NCBI RefSeq assembly: GCF_964204645.1
Contig: NC_134035.1
Coordinates: 5,270,001 to 5,334,000 of the forward strand
DNA: 64,000 nucleotides
Direction: 5' to 3'
DNA from: Tubulanus polymorphus
Lineage: Eukaryota; Animalia; Nemertea
Every line of letters starts with the position of its first letter. Within the stretch, counting starts at the first letter, position 1. The notes below the pieces were generated by a model, which was not told the origin of the DNA, did not search any database, and saw only the letters and a program-made list of their open reading frames with translations. Position numbers and translations under genes: made by a program. Shown one piece after another: positions 63,201 through 64,000 of the stretch.

Positions 63201-64000
63201 CAGTACACCCAACCCTTAATGACAAATGAATACAGCATCTTCAGGACGATATGGAGCCACAAAATTCTGGATCTTTCGACCAATGTATTGAAAATTAGTT
63301 CAGTACACCCAACCCTTATATGACAATTCAATACAGCATCTTCAGGACGATATGATGCCCCAAAATCCTGGATCTTTTGACCAATCTATTGAAAATCAGT
63401 TCAATACACCCTACCCATATATGACAATTGAATACAGCATCTTCAGGACGATATGAAGCCTCAAAAATCTAGATCTTTCAACCAATCTACTGAAAATCAC
63501 TTCAGTACACCCAACCCTTATATGACAATTCAATACAGCATCTTCAGGACAATATGATGCCCCAAAATCCTGGATCTTTCAACCAATCTACTGAAAAACA
63601 GTTCAGTACACCCAACCCTTATATGACAACTGAAAACAGCATCTTCAGGACGATATGGAGCCTCAAAATTCTGGATCTTTCGACCAATGTATTGAAAATC
63701 AGTTCATTACACCCTACCCATATATGACAATTGAATACAGCATCTTCAGGGCCATATGAAGCCTCAAAAATCTAGATCTTTCAACCAATCTGCTGAAAAT
63801 CACTTCAGTACACCCAACCCTTATATGACAATTCAATACAGCATCTTCAGGACGATATGGAGCGACAAAATTATGGATCTTTCGACCAATCTATTGAAAA
63901 TTAGTTCAGTACACCCAACCCTTATATGACAATTGAATACAGCATCTTCAGGACGATATGGAGCCACAAAATTCTGGATCATTCGACCAATGTATTGAAA
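39215..64000. repeat. 101-bp satellite DNA array with higher-order repeats (continues past the window end)
   Basis: About 244 tandem monomers, consensus ~ATACAGCATCTTCAGGACGATATGGAGCCACAAAATTCTGGATCTTTCGACCAATCTATTGAAAATCAGTTCAGTACACCCAACCCTTATATGACAATTGA. The first ~150 bp are degenerate. Confidence 0.98.

Noticed and set aside
39350-64000. CRISPR array interpretation of conserved CAGCATCTTCAGGACGATATG boxes with variable intervals
   Set aside because: The intervals are homologous to each other rather than unique spacers, there are no cas genes, and the context is a spliced eukaryotic gene.

Overview
Eukaryotic DNA from a bilaterian invertebrate (probably spiralian; taxon is inferred). Bases ~183-35072 hold a multi-exon minus-strand LRP4 (MEGF7) orthologue. 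I reconstructed 25 coding exons by hand, all GT-AG with consistent phases (5430 nt, 1810 codons): signal peptide, 8 LDLa repeats, 2 EGF, 4 YWTD beta-propeller/EGF modules, juxtamembrane Cys pair, TM helix and an NPxY tail that continues off the left edge. Several small exons are missing from the ORF track. The introns are crowded with non-autonomous DNA transposons (piggyBac-, Kolobok-, hAT- and Harbinger-like), SINE fragments, fold-backs, minisatellites and decayed Penelope-type hammerhead motifs. About 4 kb upstream of the start codon a 101-bp satellite array begins and runs to the window end (~244 monomers, shifting higher-order repeats). The gap between promoter and satellite holds about six CTCF-like motifs, all inside transposon-like elements. 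Main hypotheses: a TE-built insulator at a gene/satellite boundary; hammerhead-core motifs in the satellite monomer and introns; a tandem Pol III B-box array beside exon 2. None could be tested computationally here.
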